The notes under the pieces were generated by a model, which saw nothing but the letters and a program-made list of their open reading frames with translations, did no database searches and was not told the DNA's origin. Below, in pieces: positions 50,068-61,178 of a stretch of DNA of 64,000 nt. This DNA comes from an uncultured bacterium. GTDB lineage: Bacteria; Acidobacteriota; HRBIN11; JAKEFK01. A program made the position numbers and the translations under genes. Every line of letters begins with the position of its first letter. Within the stretch, counting starts at the first letter, position 1. The stretch covers positions 846,000 to 909,999 of the forward strand of contig CAWINI010000003.1 of NCBI GenBank assembly GCA_963837395.1, read 5' to 3'.

Positions 50068-53000
50068 ATGGCGAAATTTTTCATCAACAGACCAATCGTT
50101 GCGATCGTGATTGCAATCATAACAGTAATCGGTGGATTCATTGCGATGCGCGGATTACCGATCGCACAATTTCCACGAATTATTCCACCGCAAATCATCA
50201 CCTCAACAACATTCACCGGTGCCGATGCATTAACAGTTGAACAAGCGGTTGCCACACCAACAGAACAGCAGATGAATGGTGTGGACAACATGCTTTATAT
50301 GCAGTCCACGAATGCAAACGATGGAACGATGTCCTTAACGGTGACATTTGATATTGATACCAATGTTGATACGGACCAGGTGAATGTTGAGAATCGCGTA
50401 GGGCAAGCAGCACCAAATCTTCCTGCAGATGTAAACCAGTTCGGGTTAAGTTATCGCAAATCAACTGGCTTGCCGATGATAGTCATTTCTTTATTTTCAC
50501 CGAAGAAAACCCGTGATTCTTTGTTTCTGGCCAACTACGCAAACATCAACATTAACGATGCTCTCTACCGCGTACGTGGCGTCGGCGAAGTAAGACTTTT
50601 TGGTGCCAGCGACTACTCAATGCGGATCTGGGTCAAACCAGATGTCCTGGCAAAACTTGGATTGACGGTTCCTGATCTTAGTCGCGCAGTTCTACAACAA
50701 AGCACTGTCAATCCTTCCGGCCGCCTTGGAGCCGACCCAGCTCCACCTGGAAAAGAAATGACGTACACAGTTCGCGCACAAGGGCGACTCGAAACTGCAG
50801 AGCAATTCGGAAACATTGTTGTTCGTTCCAATCCTGATGGTTCGATCGTGCGAATGAAGGATGTGGCGCGAATTGAATTGGGCGCTCTGAATTATCAGCA
50901 ACGTGCGCGAATCGACGGACAGCCCGGCAGCAATATTGCAATCTTTCAAGCTCCAGGATCGAACGCGCTTGAAGTTGCGAATGGCGTATTGAAAACGATC
51001 AAAGATTTGAAACAACGTTTTCCCGCAGATGTTGATTACACCATCTTGTTGAACACCACCGCACCGGTGAGTGAAGGCATCAAAGAAATTGTCATAACAC
51101 TTTTTGAAGCGATGCTTCTTGTCATCCTTGTTGTTTATCTCTTCCTTCAAAATTGGCGCGCTACAATGATTCCAATCATAGCAGTTCCGGTATCGTTGAT
51201 CGGCACCTTTGCAGTTTTCCCATTACTTGGATTTTCGATCAACACACTTTCCCTTTTCGGCCTGGTACTTGCGATCGGGCTTGTTGTAGATGATGCCATT
51301 GTTGTGGTTGAAGCTGTGGAGCATCACATCGAAGAAGGAATGTCGCCACATGATGCGACGCTTCAAGCGATGAAAGAAGTTTCCGGTCCGCTTGTCGGAA
51401 TTGCACTTGTTCTTTCATCCGTATTTATTCCGATCGCCTTCACGTCTGGAATTCAAGGACGATTAAACAATCAATTCGCAGTAACAATTGCAATTTCGGT
51501 TGTTATTTCTGCATTTAATGCATTGACTCTCTCTCCCGCTCTTTCAGCAATGCTGTTGCGGCCTCGAAAAAAATCTACAGGAATTCTTGCGCGATTCTTC
51601 AGCCTTTTTAATCGAGCCTTCCAACGCGCCACGCGTGGGTATGTAAAGCTAAGCGGTCGATTGATTCAAAAAGCTGCAATCGCAATTTTCATTTTAGTTG
51701 GCTTCGCAATTCTTGATGGTGCTCTGGCAAAAAAGCTACCTACAAGTTTCCTTCCGGATGAAGATCAGGGTTACTTTTTTCTGAACGTTCAATTGCCAAA
51801 TGCAGCATCACTTGAAAGAACGGATCGAGTTTGTCAAAGGATTGATGGAATCCTTGCAAAAACCGAAGGTATTCAACATTACGGAACGGTGGTTGGTTTC
51901 AGTCTAATCAATCGCGTATCCGCAACTTATAACGGATTTTACTTCATCAAACTAACTCCCTGGGATGATCGCGGCCCTGCAAGACTTCATGCAAAAGGAA
52001 TTCTTGCAACGTTGAACAAAAATCTTGCGACGCAAGTTCCGGAAGCAATCGCATTCGCATTTCTACCACCTTCAATTCCAGGGCTTGGAAATGCCGGCGG
52101 ATTTTCATTCTGGCTGCAAGATCGCAGCGGTGGCTCTGTTGAATTTCTGGATCAGAACTTGAAGAAATTTTTAGCGGCGGCACGTAAACGCAAAGAGCTA
52201 ACAGGCGTTAATTCACTTTTTTCTGCAAGCGTTCCACAAATTTATGCAGATGTAGATCGCGACAAAGTTTTAACACAAGGCGTGGCAGTTGGTGATGTTT
52301 ACCAAACGCTGCAGGCATATCTCGGTGGTCTATTTCTAAATCAATTCAATCGTTTCGGCAGACAGTGGAGAGTATTCCTGCAAGCGGAAGGCGATTATCG
52401 GTTAAGTGAACAGGACATCAATCAATTTTATGTACGCAATAAAAATGGAAACATGGTTCCGCTTTCAACGCTGGTAACTACCAGGAAAATAGAAGGACCT
52501 GAATATACGAATCGTTTTAATTTATATCGCGCGGCGCAGGTGATCGGATCCGCTGCCCCAGGTTATAGCTCCGGTGAAGCGTTGAATGTATTAGAAGAAG
52601 TAGCAAAAGAGACGTTGCCTCCGGAAATGGGATTTGATTTTGCGGATCTTTCCTATCAAGAAAAAAGGGCATCGGGATCGGCCATCACAATTTTCGCACT
52701 CTCCCTCGTGTTCGTCTTTCTAATACTCGCAGCTCTATATGAAAGCTGGTCGCTCCCGTTTTCAGTTTTACTTTCAGTTCCGATCGCGGTGTTCGGTGCG
52801 TTCGCAGGATTGTTATTACGGGATTACGACTTAGGTGTGTACGCACAGATTGGACTCATCATGCTAATCGGTTTGTCAGCAAAGAATGCAATTTTAATCG
52901 TAGAGTTTGCAAAAGATGAATTGGAAAAAGGACGCGATATTGTTGATGCTGCACTTGAAGGCGCAAAACTGCGGCTTCGTCCGATTTTAATGACTTCCTT

Positions 53001-53223
53001 CGCATTCATTCTGGGATGTTTCCCATTATGGATTGCGAATGGAGCCGGCGCTGAAGGACGCCGCATTTTAGGAAGCGTTGTTATCAGCGGCATGCTTGCA
53101 GCAACTACAATCGCGATCTTCATCATTCCAGTTTTATTCGTAGTGATCGAACGTTTGGGATCACGCAAAACTTTGCCTGAAACGATCGAAGGAATTCCAG
53201 AACGTTCAGAAGGAGCGGCATAA
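50068..53223 (+). CDS. RND efflux transporter permease (AcrB family)
   Basis: 1051 aa with 12 transmembrane helices and AcrB-type periplasmic loops. Confidence 0.9.
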   Translation: MAKFFINRPIVAIVIAIITVIGGFIAMRGLPIAQFPRIIPPQIITSTTFTGADALTVEQAVATPTEQQMNGVDNMLYMQSTNANDGTMSLTVTFDIDTNVDTDQVNVENRVGQAAPNLPADVNQFGLSYRKSTGLPMIVISLFSPKKTRDSLFLANYANININDALYRVRGVGEVRLFGASDYSMRIWVKPDVLAKLGLTVPDLSRAVLQQSTVNPSGRLGADPAPPGKEMTYTVRAQGRLETAEQFGNIVVRSNPDGSIVRMKDVARIELGALNYQQRARIDGQPGSNIAIFQAPGSNALEVANGVLKTIKDLKQRFPADVDYTILLNTTAPVSEGIKEIVITLFEAMLLVILVVYLFLQNWRATMIPIIAVPVSLIGTFAVFPLLGFSINTLSLFGLVLAIGLVVDDAIVVVEAVEHHIEEGMSPHDATLQAMKEVSGPLVGIALVLSSVFIPIAFTSGIQGRLNNQFAVTIAISVVISAFNALTLSPALSAMLLRPRKKSTGILARFFSLFNRAFQRATRGYVKLSGRLIQKAAIAIFILVGFAILDGALAKKLPTSFLPDEDQGYFFLNVQLPNAASLERTDRVCQRIDGILAKTEGIQHYGTVVGFSLINRVSATYNGFYFIKLTPWDDRGPARLHAKGILATLNKNLATQVPEAIAFAFLPPSIPGLGNAGGFSFWLQDRSGGSVEFLDQNLKKFLAAARKRKELTGVNSLFSASVPQIYADVDRDKVLTQGVAVGDVYQTLQAYLGGLFLNQFNRFGRQWRVFLQAEGDYRLSEQDINQFYVRNKNGNMVPLSTLVTTRKIEGPEYTNRFNLYRAAQVIGSAAPGYSSGEALNVLEEVAKETLPPEMGFDFADLSYQEKRASGSAITIFALSLVFVFLILAALYESWSLPFSVLLSVPIAVFGAFAGLLLRDYDLGVYAQIGLIMLIGLSAKNAILIVEFAKDELEKGRDIVDAALEGAKLRLRPILMTSFAFILGCFPLWIANGAGAEGRRILGSVVISGMLAATTIAIFIIPVLFVVIERLGSRKTLPETIEGIPERSEGAA

Positions 53224-53225
53224 AC

Positions 53226-54074
53226 ATGGCAACAATGAAAGACAGATCCACAAATAAAGCTATGCGGCTTTATTTGAAAGAAATTTCGAAGATTCCATTA
53301 TTAACCGTTGAAGAGGAAAAAGAATTAGGACGTCGCGTAAAAGCCGGAGATAAAGATGCGGTTCAAAAACTGGTCGAATCCAATCTTCGCTTTGTGATTA
53401 CGATTGCAAAAAAGTTTCGTCCATCGGGACTTCCCTTTCTGGATTTAATTAATGAAGGAAATGTTGGATTGATCAAAGCTGCACATCGTTTTGATCCGGA
53501 CATGAATGTTCGTTTCACATCGTATGCAGTTTGGTGGATCCGGCAATCAATACTGTTTTATCTTTCGGAATCTTCACACGCATTCCGGTTGTCTCCAAAA
53601 CTCTCAAATATCCTTTATCGTGTTGCGAAATTGACCGCAAAAGCTCGAGCCGATCAAACCGAACTGCCAAGCAGAGAATCACTCGCCCAGGCTATCGGAG
53701 TTTCAGTGAAGCAATTGAATCGAGCGATGGACGCTGGAGCCGGAGTTTTGCAACTCGATCATCCTATTGATGAAAATGGTGAATTGAAATTAAAAGATAC
53801 TTTGGAACAAACGACATTCAATTCTGCGGAAACAGAAACAATCACCACACATTTGAAAGATCAATTGAATGATGCTCTTTTAGTTTTGAGTGAAACCGAG
53901 CAACAAGTTGTCCGGTTGCGTTTTGGTCTGGATGATGGAGATCCTCAAACGTTGAATGAGATTGGCGTAAGGATGAAACGATCCAGGGAACGGATCCGGC
54001 AAATTGAAGGTCATGCCTTAATGAAACTAAAAAGATCTTTTGCAGGCTCCGCCTTATCAAGCTATCTGCAGTAG
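53226..54074 (+). CDS. Sigma-70-family alternative sigma factor, group-3-like, co-transcribed with the RND pump
   Basis: Regions 2.2-2.4 (NLRFVITIAKKF; DLINEGNVGLIKAAHRFDP; RFTSYAVWWIRQSI) and region 4. Only 2 bp separate it from the RND gene. Confidence 0.8.
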   Translation: MATMKDRSTNKAMRLYLKEISKIPLLTVEEEKELGRRVKAGDKDAVQKLVESNLRFVITIAKKFRPSGLPFLDLINEGNVGLIKAAHRFDPDMNVRFTSYAVWWIRQSILFYLSESSHAFRLSPKLSNILYRVAKLTAKARADQTELPSRESLAQAIGVSVKQLNRAMDAGAGVLQLDHPIDENGELKLKDTLEQTTFNSAETETITTHLKDQLNDALLVLSETEQQVVRLRFGLDDGDPQTLNEIGVRMKRSRERIRQIEGHALMKLKRSFAGSALSSYLQ

Positions 54075-54077
54075 TCT

Positions 54078-54160
54078 TTGGAGCGCGGGCTTCCAGCCCG
54101 CATTATGGAGCGCGGACATCTTGTCCGGATTATGGGTCGCGGACTTCTAGTCCCCAGGAT
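54078..54160. repeat. Array of three GC-rich REP-like hairpin units
   Basis: TGGAGCGCGGGCTTCCAGCCCGCATTA / TGGAGCGCGGACATCTTGTCCGGATTA / TGGGTCGCGGACTTCTAGTCC. Confidence 0.8.
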
Positions 54161-54222
54161 TGAGCACAGCACTCGAAATCACTAATCGTGTTGCTGCAAA
54201 TTTAAAACTGTGACGTAAGAGC

Positions 54223-55050
54223 TTAAAATCGCAAATATTGGTTAACATCGCGAAAGGCAACCATCTGGCCGGACTGTGCGTCAACTAAAACTTCCCAGCT
54301 AGCGATAGAGGGTACTCTTCTGAAGCCAAAAATCCAAAGCAGCCGATGGGAATAACTCTCTCCTCCAGAATCGACTGTCACGATCTCCAGTGCTGCCTCT
54401 TTCCATATCTGATCATTTGACGATCGCCCTCCGACATAATCGAATCCAATATCATAGGCCTGTTGTGCAGATATCTTAGGTTCTGTGCTGATATTCACAT
54501 TTTTCCAATGGGTAAGCCCAAGGAGTGACAGATTGCCATGACTGATCGCACCTCCAACTCGGCTATCACGCACCTGTATACCATTTAGCTCTTGGGAAAT
54601 ATTTACCTCCCACGAATCATCATTCGTTTGCAACGCTGTGTGCTCCCCCAACTGATTCACATCAATGGCCAATACTTCGCTATTGTCTCTGACAAAATGA
54701 TCAAACACGCCCAGCACTACATTTTTAGTTATGTAAGTAATGTCGCTTGTTTCAGGAATTAAAGGAAACGGATGCATGATGTTTACTGGCGTGCCGGATT
54801 TGCCATCAATATAGACAAGGCATTTGCCATAGACGCTGAAGAACTTGATCCACGCCTCCCTGTTTGGCAGCCGGTTTAGTATGTACTCGATCGGGACATG
54901 CATTCCTTTTAACTGGAGTTCAGGTAATGAAAATGCCCTTTGAGCCAAAGGATCAACAGCTGTTCCTTTTGACGGCGGAAGGATGCCTTGTGAAAACAAG
55001 GAAGATGACACCAGACAAAGTCCAATAGCAAGAATCAAAGGATGTTTCAT
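54223..55050 (-). CDS. Secreted hypothetical protein
   Basis: Signal peptide. Bracketed by REP-like arrays. Confidence 0.55.
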   Translation of the reverse strand: MKHPLILAIGLCLVSSSLFSQGILPPSKGTAVDPLAQRAFSLPELQLKGMHVPIEYILNRLPNREAWIKFFSVYGKCLVYIDGKSGTPVNIMHPFPLIPETSDITYITKNVVLGVFDHFVRDNSEVLAIDVNQLGEHTALQTNDDSWEVNISQELNGIQVRDSRVGGAISHGNLSLLGLTHWKNVNISTEPKISAQQAYDIGFDYVGGRSSNDQIWKEAALEIVTVDSGGESYSHRLLWIFGFRRVPSIASWEVLVDAQSGQMVAFRDVNQYLRF

Positions 55051-55147
55051 GAATCTATCGTAAGAGAGTCATACATAAATTAGCATAAATCAAATAGGTG
55101 TTTTCTCAATCTAAAAGTGTGACTGCCCCTTTCGAACGTTGAATGTC

Positions 55148-55197
55148 TGCGGGCTAGAAGCCCGCGGCCTGTAATGCGGACAAGATGTCCGCGCTCC
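55148..55197. repeat. REP-like units in inverted orientation relative to the 54078-54160 array
   Basis: GCGGGCTAGAAGCCCGC and GCGGACAAGATGTCCGCGCTCC. The second is the reverse complement of GGAGCGCGGACATCTTGTCCG. Confidence 0.8.
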
Positions 55198-55209
55198 CTT
55201 ACCAGTGTT

Positions 55210-56541
55210 TCACAGTGATCGATGTCTATCGCCTTCCGGAAGTATTAGTTCATTCGCTTTATCCTGGGCCTCAGAAGCAGGCGTCCCTTGATCCCAGGTT
55301 GGAATTGGTTTTTTGTTTGGTGGATACAAAGATTCCATGGGCCCCCAAACCACGTCAACACGATCACTGAAAAGATCTCCGATCAAAATATCGGTAACCG
55401 TTCCTCGCAAATGCGGAAAATTGCGGACAAAATTTCCGAAACTGAATCCATCATAATATTCACAAACAAGCCGCCGCATCCGATCCACACCTTGCATCAG
55501 CATTGGTCCCCATTTGCCGAGTTGCTCACCTGAAGTATCATTTTTCGCTAAGCCTTCAACGATTGCATCAGCTGCCAGTTCACCAGATTTCAATGCCAGA
55601 AGAACTCCTGATGAATACAAAGGGTCTAAAAAACCAACAGCATCACCAACCAGGACCCAGCCATTTCCAGCTACTTGTTTTGATCGATACGAATAATCTT
55701 TGGTTGCAAAATAACCCGAAACACACTTTCCGCTGGAAATTCGTTGCTTCACAGCCGGACAAAGTTCCACTTCTTCATCATACGTTTTCGCATAATCGGT
55801 ACGGCCTTTAAAAAGATAATCAAACGGCGCAACAACTCCTACGCTCACGATGTTGTCATGTTGCGGAATATACCAGAACCAGCCTTTTTTGTTCGCTGTT
55901 TGTAACACCATCGTGGCGCCTTCATCACGGCCCGTATCGCGATACGCGCCTTCCCAGTAGGTCCAGATTGCACCTTTGTTTAGAATCGGATCCCAGATCC
56001 GAAGATTCAATCGATTCATCAACAATCCATTCTGACCGCTGGCATCAACCACAACTTTTGCTTTCACTTCATGCAATGAACCATCTTCCGCTTTGATTTT
56101 CACACCGACAGCTCGATCGTTATCAAACAAAACATCCATTACGCGAATGCCTTCATGAACGTTTACACCATTTTCGCGCGCATGGTTCAACATCATCTGA
56201 TCAAATTCACTTCTAACAACCTGCCACGTTTGCGAACATTCATGCGGTTTGTTATCCCAGAAATAAAATGGAGCAGAAAGTTTGCCGTTGGAATTCACAA
56301 ATTGAACGCTGTACTTTTTCACAAAGTGACTTTGTTGCATCTTCGGCAACATTCCAATGCGTTTCAATACCCAGTAAGTTTCGGGAATCAGTGATTCACC
56401 GATATGGAAACGCGGAAAGTGTTCACGTTCAAAAAGTTCAACTTTTAATCCATGTTGTGAGAGCAATGTGGAAATTGTGGAGCCCCCAGGACCACCACCA
56501 ATTACGACAATATCAGTCGAGTCTTTGAAGTTTTGAGCCAA
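55210..56541 (-). CDS. FAD-dependent halogenase-like oxidoreductase (tryptophan-halogenase fold)
   Basis: VVIGGGPGGS Rossmann motif. GWFWYIP (WxWxIP) and FLDPLYSSGV (FxDPxxSxG) halogenase motifs. Arg sits where the catalytic Lys is expected. Confidence 0.6.
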   Translation of the reverse strand: MAQNFKDSTDIVVIGGGPGGSTISTLLSQHGLKVELFEREHFPRFHIGESLIPETYWVLKRIGMLPKMQQSHFVKKYSVQFVNSNGKLSAPFYFWDNKPHECSQTWQVVRSEFDQMMLNHARENGVNVHEGIRVMDVLFDNDRAVGVKIKAEDGSLHEVKAKVVVDASGQNGLLMNRLNLRIWDPILNKGAIWTYWEGAYRDTGRDEGATMVLQTANKKGWFWYIPQHDNIVSVGVVAPFDYLFKGRTDYAKTYDEEVELCPAVKQRISSGKCVSGYFATKDYSYRSKQVAGNGWVLVGDAVGFLDPLYSSGVLLALKSGELAADAIVEGLAKNDTSGEQLGKWGPMLMQGVDRMRRLVCEYYDGFSFGNFVRNFPHLRGTVTDILIGDLFSDRVDVVWGPMESLYPPNKKPIPTWDQGTPASEAQDKANELILPEGDRHRSL

Positions 56542-56697
56542 TTTAATCCTACCTGTTGGTTTTACTAGAAATACGAGTAAACAGTTAAATTGTTCTGGAA
56601 GTTGATCGCAAAAGAGTAATAATGAATTTTTTCGTCTTGCTGGTCAACACTTCCTTATATATTGTGTATCGGTAATAAATTATTTCGGAGGCAATTC

Positions 56698-57219
56698 ATG
56701 AAATCTATACTTTGTGCACTTTTGTTAATCGTATCGGTTGCTTTTGCTGCAGAGCAGTCAGTTCCGACAGCAGGAATAAACGCTCCTGATTTCAGCCTGA
56801 CTACCAATGAAGGAAAACCGGCCAGCTTAAAAGACTACCGAGGCAAATGGATCGTCCTTTATTTTTATCCAAAAGATTTTACCAGCGGCTGCACAGTGGA
56901 AGCACGAAATTTCCAAAAGGATTTAGCAAAGTTCGAACAAGCGAATGCAGTAATTCTTGGTGTCAGCGTTGATTCTGCTGAGTCGCATAAAGATTTTTGT
57001 GCGAAGGAAGGATTGAATTTCAAACTTTTGTCGGACAGCGATGCTGCTGTATCTACAAAATATGGTTCCGTCAAGGAATACAACGGCGCAAAATTATCAG
57101 CACGAAATACTTTTATCATCGATCCTGAAGGCAAGATCGCAAAAGTGTATACCGGAGTAAAGCCCGATATTCACAGCAGTGAAGTGCTGGAGGATCTGGC
57201 GAAGCTTCAGAAGAAGTGA
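56698..57219 (+). CDS. Secreted Bcp-type peroxiredoxin
   Basis: Signal peptide. FTSGCT peroxidatic Cys motif. GGAGG ribosome-binding site. Confidence 0.8.
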   Translation: MKSILCALLLIVSVAFAAEQSVPTAGINAPDFSLTTNEGKPASLKDYRGKWIVLYFYPKDFTSGCTVEARNFQKDLAKFEQANAVILGVSVDSAESHKDFCAKEGLNFKLLSDSDAAVSTKYGSVKEYNGAKLSARNTFIIDPEGKIAKVYTGVKPDIHSSEVLEDLAKLQKK

Positions 57220-57227
57220 GGAGCGCC

Positions 57228-59124
57228 TCAACCGGAAAATGTACCTGGCTCTTTGCTAAAGCTTTTGAAACTTGAAGCACGTTGTGTATCGAGATTTTCC
57301 AATTCTTCAGCCACATATTTTTCAGCGCGCGCACGTGTGGCCGTATCATTCAGATTTGCGCCTTTGTTATCTTCCAAAAAGCGGCGGATCCCGGAGCGAA
57401 CTGCACCATCAACAGTTCCTTCGCCTCCATGTACAGCGCGATCGGTCATCATTGCGACTCCATACTTCGAACTGACTACGTCGCCAACTTTCACTGTTTG
57501 ACCATCAACGGTCACTTGCCGATTTCGAACTGCATCAATTTTGGTTCGCGCAGCATAAGCAACTTGATGATCCTGAATCGCAGGATCTGTACCTGCTGCC
57601 GATAAAACTCCAGCCAGTTTCGGATCTGTTTGAATCGCTTTTGCCGCGTCAGCGCCTTTCAAAATGGTTCCATCACCTTTCGTCACTTTTAATTCGTTTC
57701 CTTCAACATCAATTCCATATTTTTGATAATTATTTTGAAAGACCTGCGGTTGTTTGGATTTCAAATCGCGAAGCAAACCGGTAATCGAACCATTCCCTTT
57801 TTCACCGGATGTCCACTGAATAAATCCGGCAGTGACAACTGCGCCGGTCCCAGGTATTGATTGTTGAAAAACTGCCTTCATGTCCGGATACACCTTTCAA
57901 AATATCTTTTTTATCGTTGCTTAATCCCGATCGATCGACAACACTTGCAACAATCGCTTTTCCATCTCCAGCAGCAGAACCTTCCATTCCTTTTGGTGTG
58001 CTGGCAGCATATGCAATAACGTTGTCATGCAGCTGAACTGATTTGCCGCCAACATTCACGCTGAAGTTGCTTCGTTCCACAGAAACCAGAGGCTTGTAAT
58101 TATCAGCTGCTGATTGAATCCGTTTTGCCGCATCGTCTCGATTCGTTTGAAGTTCTTTCAGTTTGGATTCTGATGCGTTGATTTTTTCTGCATCCGGTTG
58201 TCGCGCTTTCTTCAGCTGTGCAAGATTTGCTTTTTCATTTCCAATTTCCTTATTCAGACTTCGAATTTCTCCGTTGTGACTCAACGCCCGATCTTTAACC
58301 CACTTCTGCAAATTTTCAGAAGCATCTTGCAATTTCTTTTCAACCACAGGGATTTCAGTCTTCGTTTTTTCAAGATTCTGTTCAATCTGAGTTTGCTTCC
58401 GCTCTGCATTTGCCACAGTCCTGGCAGCACGTTTTTCCATGTTCGACGCTTTGTTGTACTCGACTTTCGCTTTCAATGCATCTTGATTTGCAATCTTGCG
58501 ATCTTCCTGTGTTGTTGCATTTGCAACTTTTTGTTTAGCATCCTCCAAAATTTTCAGTTTCGATTGTGCAAGCTCTGAAGCTTTACTTAATTCTTGTTTG
58601 TTCTGCGTAACAACTTGCTTCTGACCTTCTAATCTTGCTTGTTGATTTTGTAGCCGTCCTTCCAATTTTGCTTTCTGATGATATGCAGACTGAAGAGGCT
58701 TGAACGCTGCACGTTTTGAAGGTGTATTAGCGCCTGCAAGTTCATTGAGCTCTTTTGAATTAGGCGCGAGACCCGGTAGTTTTGATTTCGTTTCACCTAC
58801 TTGAACGCCATTCAGGTTTTGCTGAATTGTTGCTGGTGGAATTGCCGACGCAAATTGCGTTCCTTGGATTTGAAGTTTTCGGCTAAGAACGGAAACATCC
58901 TGCTCCGATTTTCGTGCCTGCGCTTCCTGCTTCTCTGCTTTCTGCGAAGATGCAGTACTCGTACTTGCAGCATTTGAAGTTGGCTTGGGATCCGGTGGCG
59001 GTGCTGCCGGTTGATCTTTAGGTGAAGTTACATTTTGATTTCCGGGAACACCTGATGGTGGAATCCTACCCATTGCGCACCTCCAATCTGATCTGGCCTC
59101 TTTCTTCAGCAAACCAAATGCCAA
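57228..59124 (-). pseudogene. Large coiled-coil protein with a C-terminal lysozyme-like (SLT-like?) domain, split by a +1 frameshift in a T5 run
   Basis: ORFs 57802-59124 and 57228-57893 overlap in different frames. Removing one T at 57867-57871 joins them as ...GHEGSFQQSIPGTGAVVTAGFIQW... Confidence 0.6.
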
Positions 59125-59260
59125 CTGAGAATTACTCTATATCGCTTTATTCGATGTCACTGATTGAGGCAAAGCACTATCTAATTGGTGACATTTCTTC
59201 TAGCTTTTTTGCCGGTATTTTTTGATGTTTACAAAGTGGTATGAAACAAGGACGCAACTT

Positions 59261-61051
59261 CTAATTCACATGAATATATTGCATTGAACCGGTCACCGAT
59301 CTGACTTTTAACCCGATTGTGCCGGAAGGTGTCCCACCAAACGTATCAAAAATTTCAAACAAGAATTCACCGTTAATGAATACTCTCCATGAGTTACCGT
59401 CGAACATCATCACTACTGCATACGATTGATTTGGATCGATTACGCGAGAGCGTTTGATTTTGTTTACTATTTTCCCATTGAGTCTACGCCGGAATGTCCA
59501 TTTATCTTTTGCTTCGTCCATTATCAGTTCAAGAGTATTCTTCTTATCCTGAAACCACGAAAGGAATATGAGTTTACCTTCTCCGTTTGCCTGCAATCCA
59601 GTTTCAATAGAGCAGCTTGAACAACCTGCAAAAATGGGGCTGGCTATTGCAAGGGCTCTGGATCGTGGATTTCCAATCAGCTCACCTCCATTTTCATTCC
59701 AAAATCCAGATTGGTAAGTCCATGAAGGATCTAAAATTCCATCCTCAAATTCATCGCAGAATAAACAATCGGTGGCACATTTTGATAATTCGAAAGCAGT
59801 TGTATCTACTGAAACTGCAAAAGTGTCTAAATCATTCGCAAGTGTATTTTGGGAAGTGGCTGAGGTGTCCGATGCAACAGAATTTAAATTTACAAAATCA
59901 AAATCTCCGGGAGTGACCTGGTTGCACTCTGCTGGTAAATCTCCATTGCCATCGGTTTTAACTGCCCAGAATTTCATGTCTGGACGGCCCAGCCCTGCAA
60001 ATTGAATCCCACCATCAATGGTCGCCTGAACAGATCTAAGAGTGCCTACAGGATAAAATTTCTGCCATAACACAATTCCCTGCGGATTCAGTTTCATAAT
60101 CCATGGCTGCCATTCTCCAGCCATAAGCCGGTCTGTAATCCCCGCAACGATTAAACTACCATCTGTTGTTTTAACTGCAGATTCTGCCCATTCACTACTT
60201 GCAGTTCCGAAGATTCTTTCCCATTGAAGATTTCCTAAGAAGTCGAGCTTTAATGCCCACGCATCGTACAATCTACCAAGATTACTCGTATCTTTTGCTC
60301 CTGTGATAAGAAATCCGGCATCTGATGTAGGAATGATTGATTTTGCAAAGCCGCCAGAATTGGATTGAGAAACAAATGTTTTTTGCCAAAGAACATCGCC
60401 GTTCAGATCCAAATTCACGACCCATAAGTTCTGGCCATTGTAGCTTCCAACAAAGATATAACCACTAGTGAGATATCTAATTACAGAGAAAGCTATGTCA
60501 TCATTCAAACTACCGTAACTTTTTTGCCAGAGTACATCACCATTTTCATCAAGCTTAATAATCCAAGCATCCCTGGGAATCCCCGTCGTTCCCGCTACTA
60601 TATAGCCATTAGTTTGCTGAATAGAATAGCCCTCATCATCAGTTACAGTGCCGATGCTGCGTTGCCAAATTATATTTCCTGATTGATCGAGTTTTAGAAT
60701 CCAAACATCCTTATCACCGGCCGCAGACAATATATAACCAGTTAAGACAAAGCCATCATTGGTTTTTATTATCGAGTTGGCAACACCCGGTCCTGCCCCA
60801 CTATATGTTTTTTCCCAAACAATATTTCCTGCAGAATTAACATCGATGACCCAGAGATCATCTGAAGCGAAAGAATCAGTACGTCCAGCTACCACAAAAC
60901 TCTGATTGCTTGTTGCAACCCCGCAGAATGCTTCATCCAGATCATGCCCGCCGTACATTTTTGACCACGTCATTTGACCATATACGCTGATGGCAAAAAC
61001 TGAGCAAAAAACAAGAATGCACAATATTTTGATGTGTCTAATTCGAATCAT
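59261..61051 (-). CDS. Secreted beta-propeller protein with a C-terminal concanavalin-A-like/LamG-like domain
   Basis: Signal peptide. About seven repeats of [IV]xWxK[ST][YF]G spaced roughly 45 aa apart. Confidence 0.6.
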   Translation of the reverse strand: MIRIRHIKILCILVFCSVFAISVYGQMTWSKMYGGHDLDEAFCGVATSNQSFVVAGRTDSFASDDLWVIDVNSAGNIVWEKTYSGAGPGVANSIIKTNDGFVLTGYILSAAGDKDVWILKLDQSGNIIWQRSIGTVTDDEGYSIQQTNGYIVAGTTGIPRDAWIIKLDENGDVLWQKSYGSLNDDIAFSVIRYLTSGYIFVGSYNGQNLWVVNLDLNGDVLWQKTFVSQSNSGGFAKSIIPTSDAGFLITGAKDTSNLGRLYDAWALKLDFLGNLQWERIFGTASSEWAESAVKTTDGSLIVAGITDRLMAGEWQPWIMKLNPQGIVLWQKFYPVGTLRSVQATIDGGIQFAGLGRPDMKFWAVKTDGNGDLPAECNQVTPGDFDFVNLNSVASDTSATSQNTLANDLDTFAVSVDTTAFELSKCATDCLFCDEFEDGILDPSWTYQSGFWNENGGELIGNPRSRALAIASPIFAGCSSCSIETGLQANGEGKLIFLSWFQDKKNTLELIMDEAKDKWTFRRRLNGKIVNKIKRSRVIDPNQSYAVVMMFDGNSWRVFINGEFLFEIFDTFGGTPSGTIGLKVRSVTGSMQYIHVN

Positions 61052-61178
61052 TGTAATTAAGACTTACTAGCTGAATAGTAAAGCGATCGTCTTCCCCCGA
61101 TGTGAATATGATTTCAGAAACCCAGGGCTAATGTCAAACCTTCATTTATAAAACTATGTTTCACGTTGTGAAACAGGT

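Noticed and set aside
54078-55197. Inverted repeat arrays as the ends of a mobile cassette or MITE carrying the secreted-protein gene
   Set aside because: Both arrays sit at gene 3' ends (sigma factor/secreted protein, and halogenase). They are made of short REP-like hairpins also found singly elsewhere, at 31984-32000. No transposase or target-site duplication is visible. A REP/terminator role is more parsimonious.
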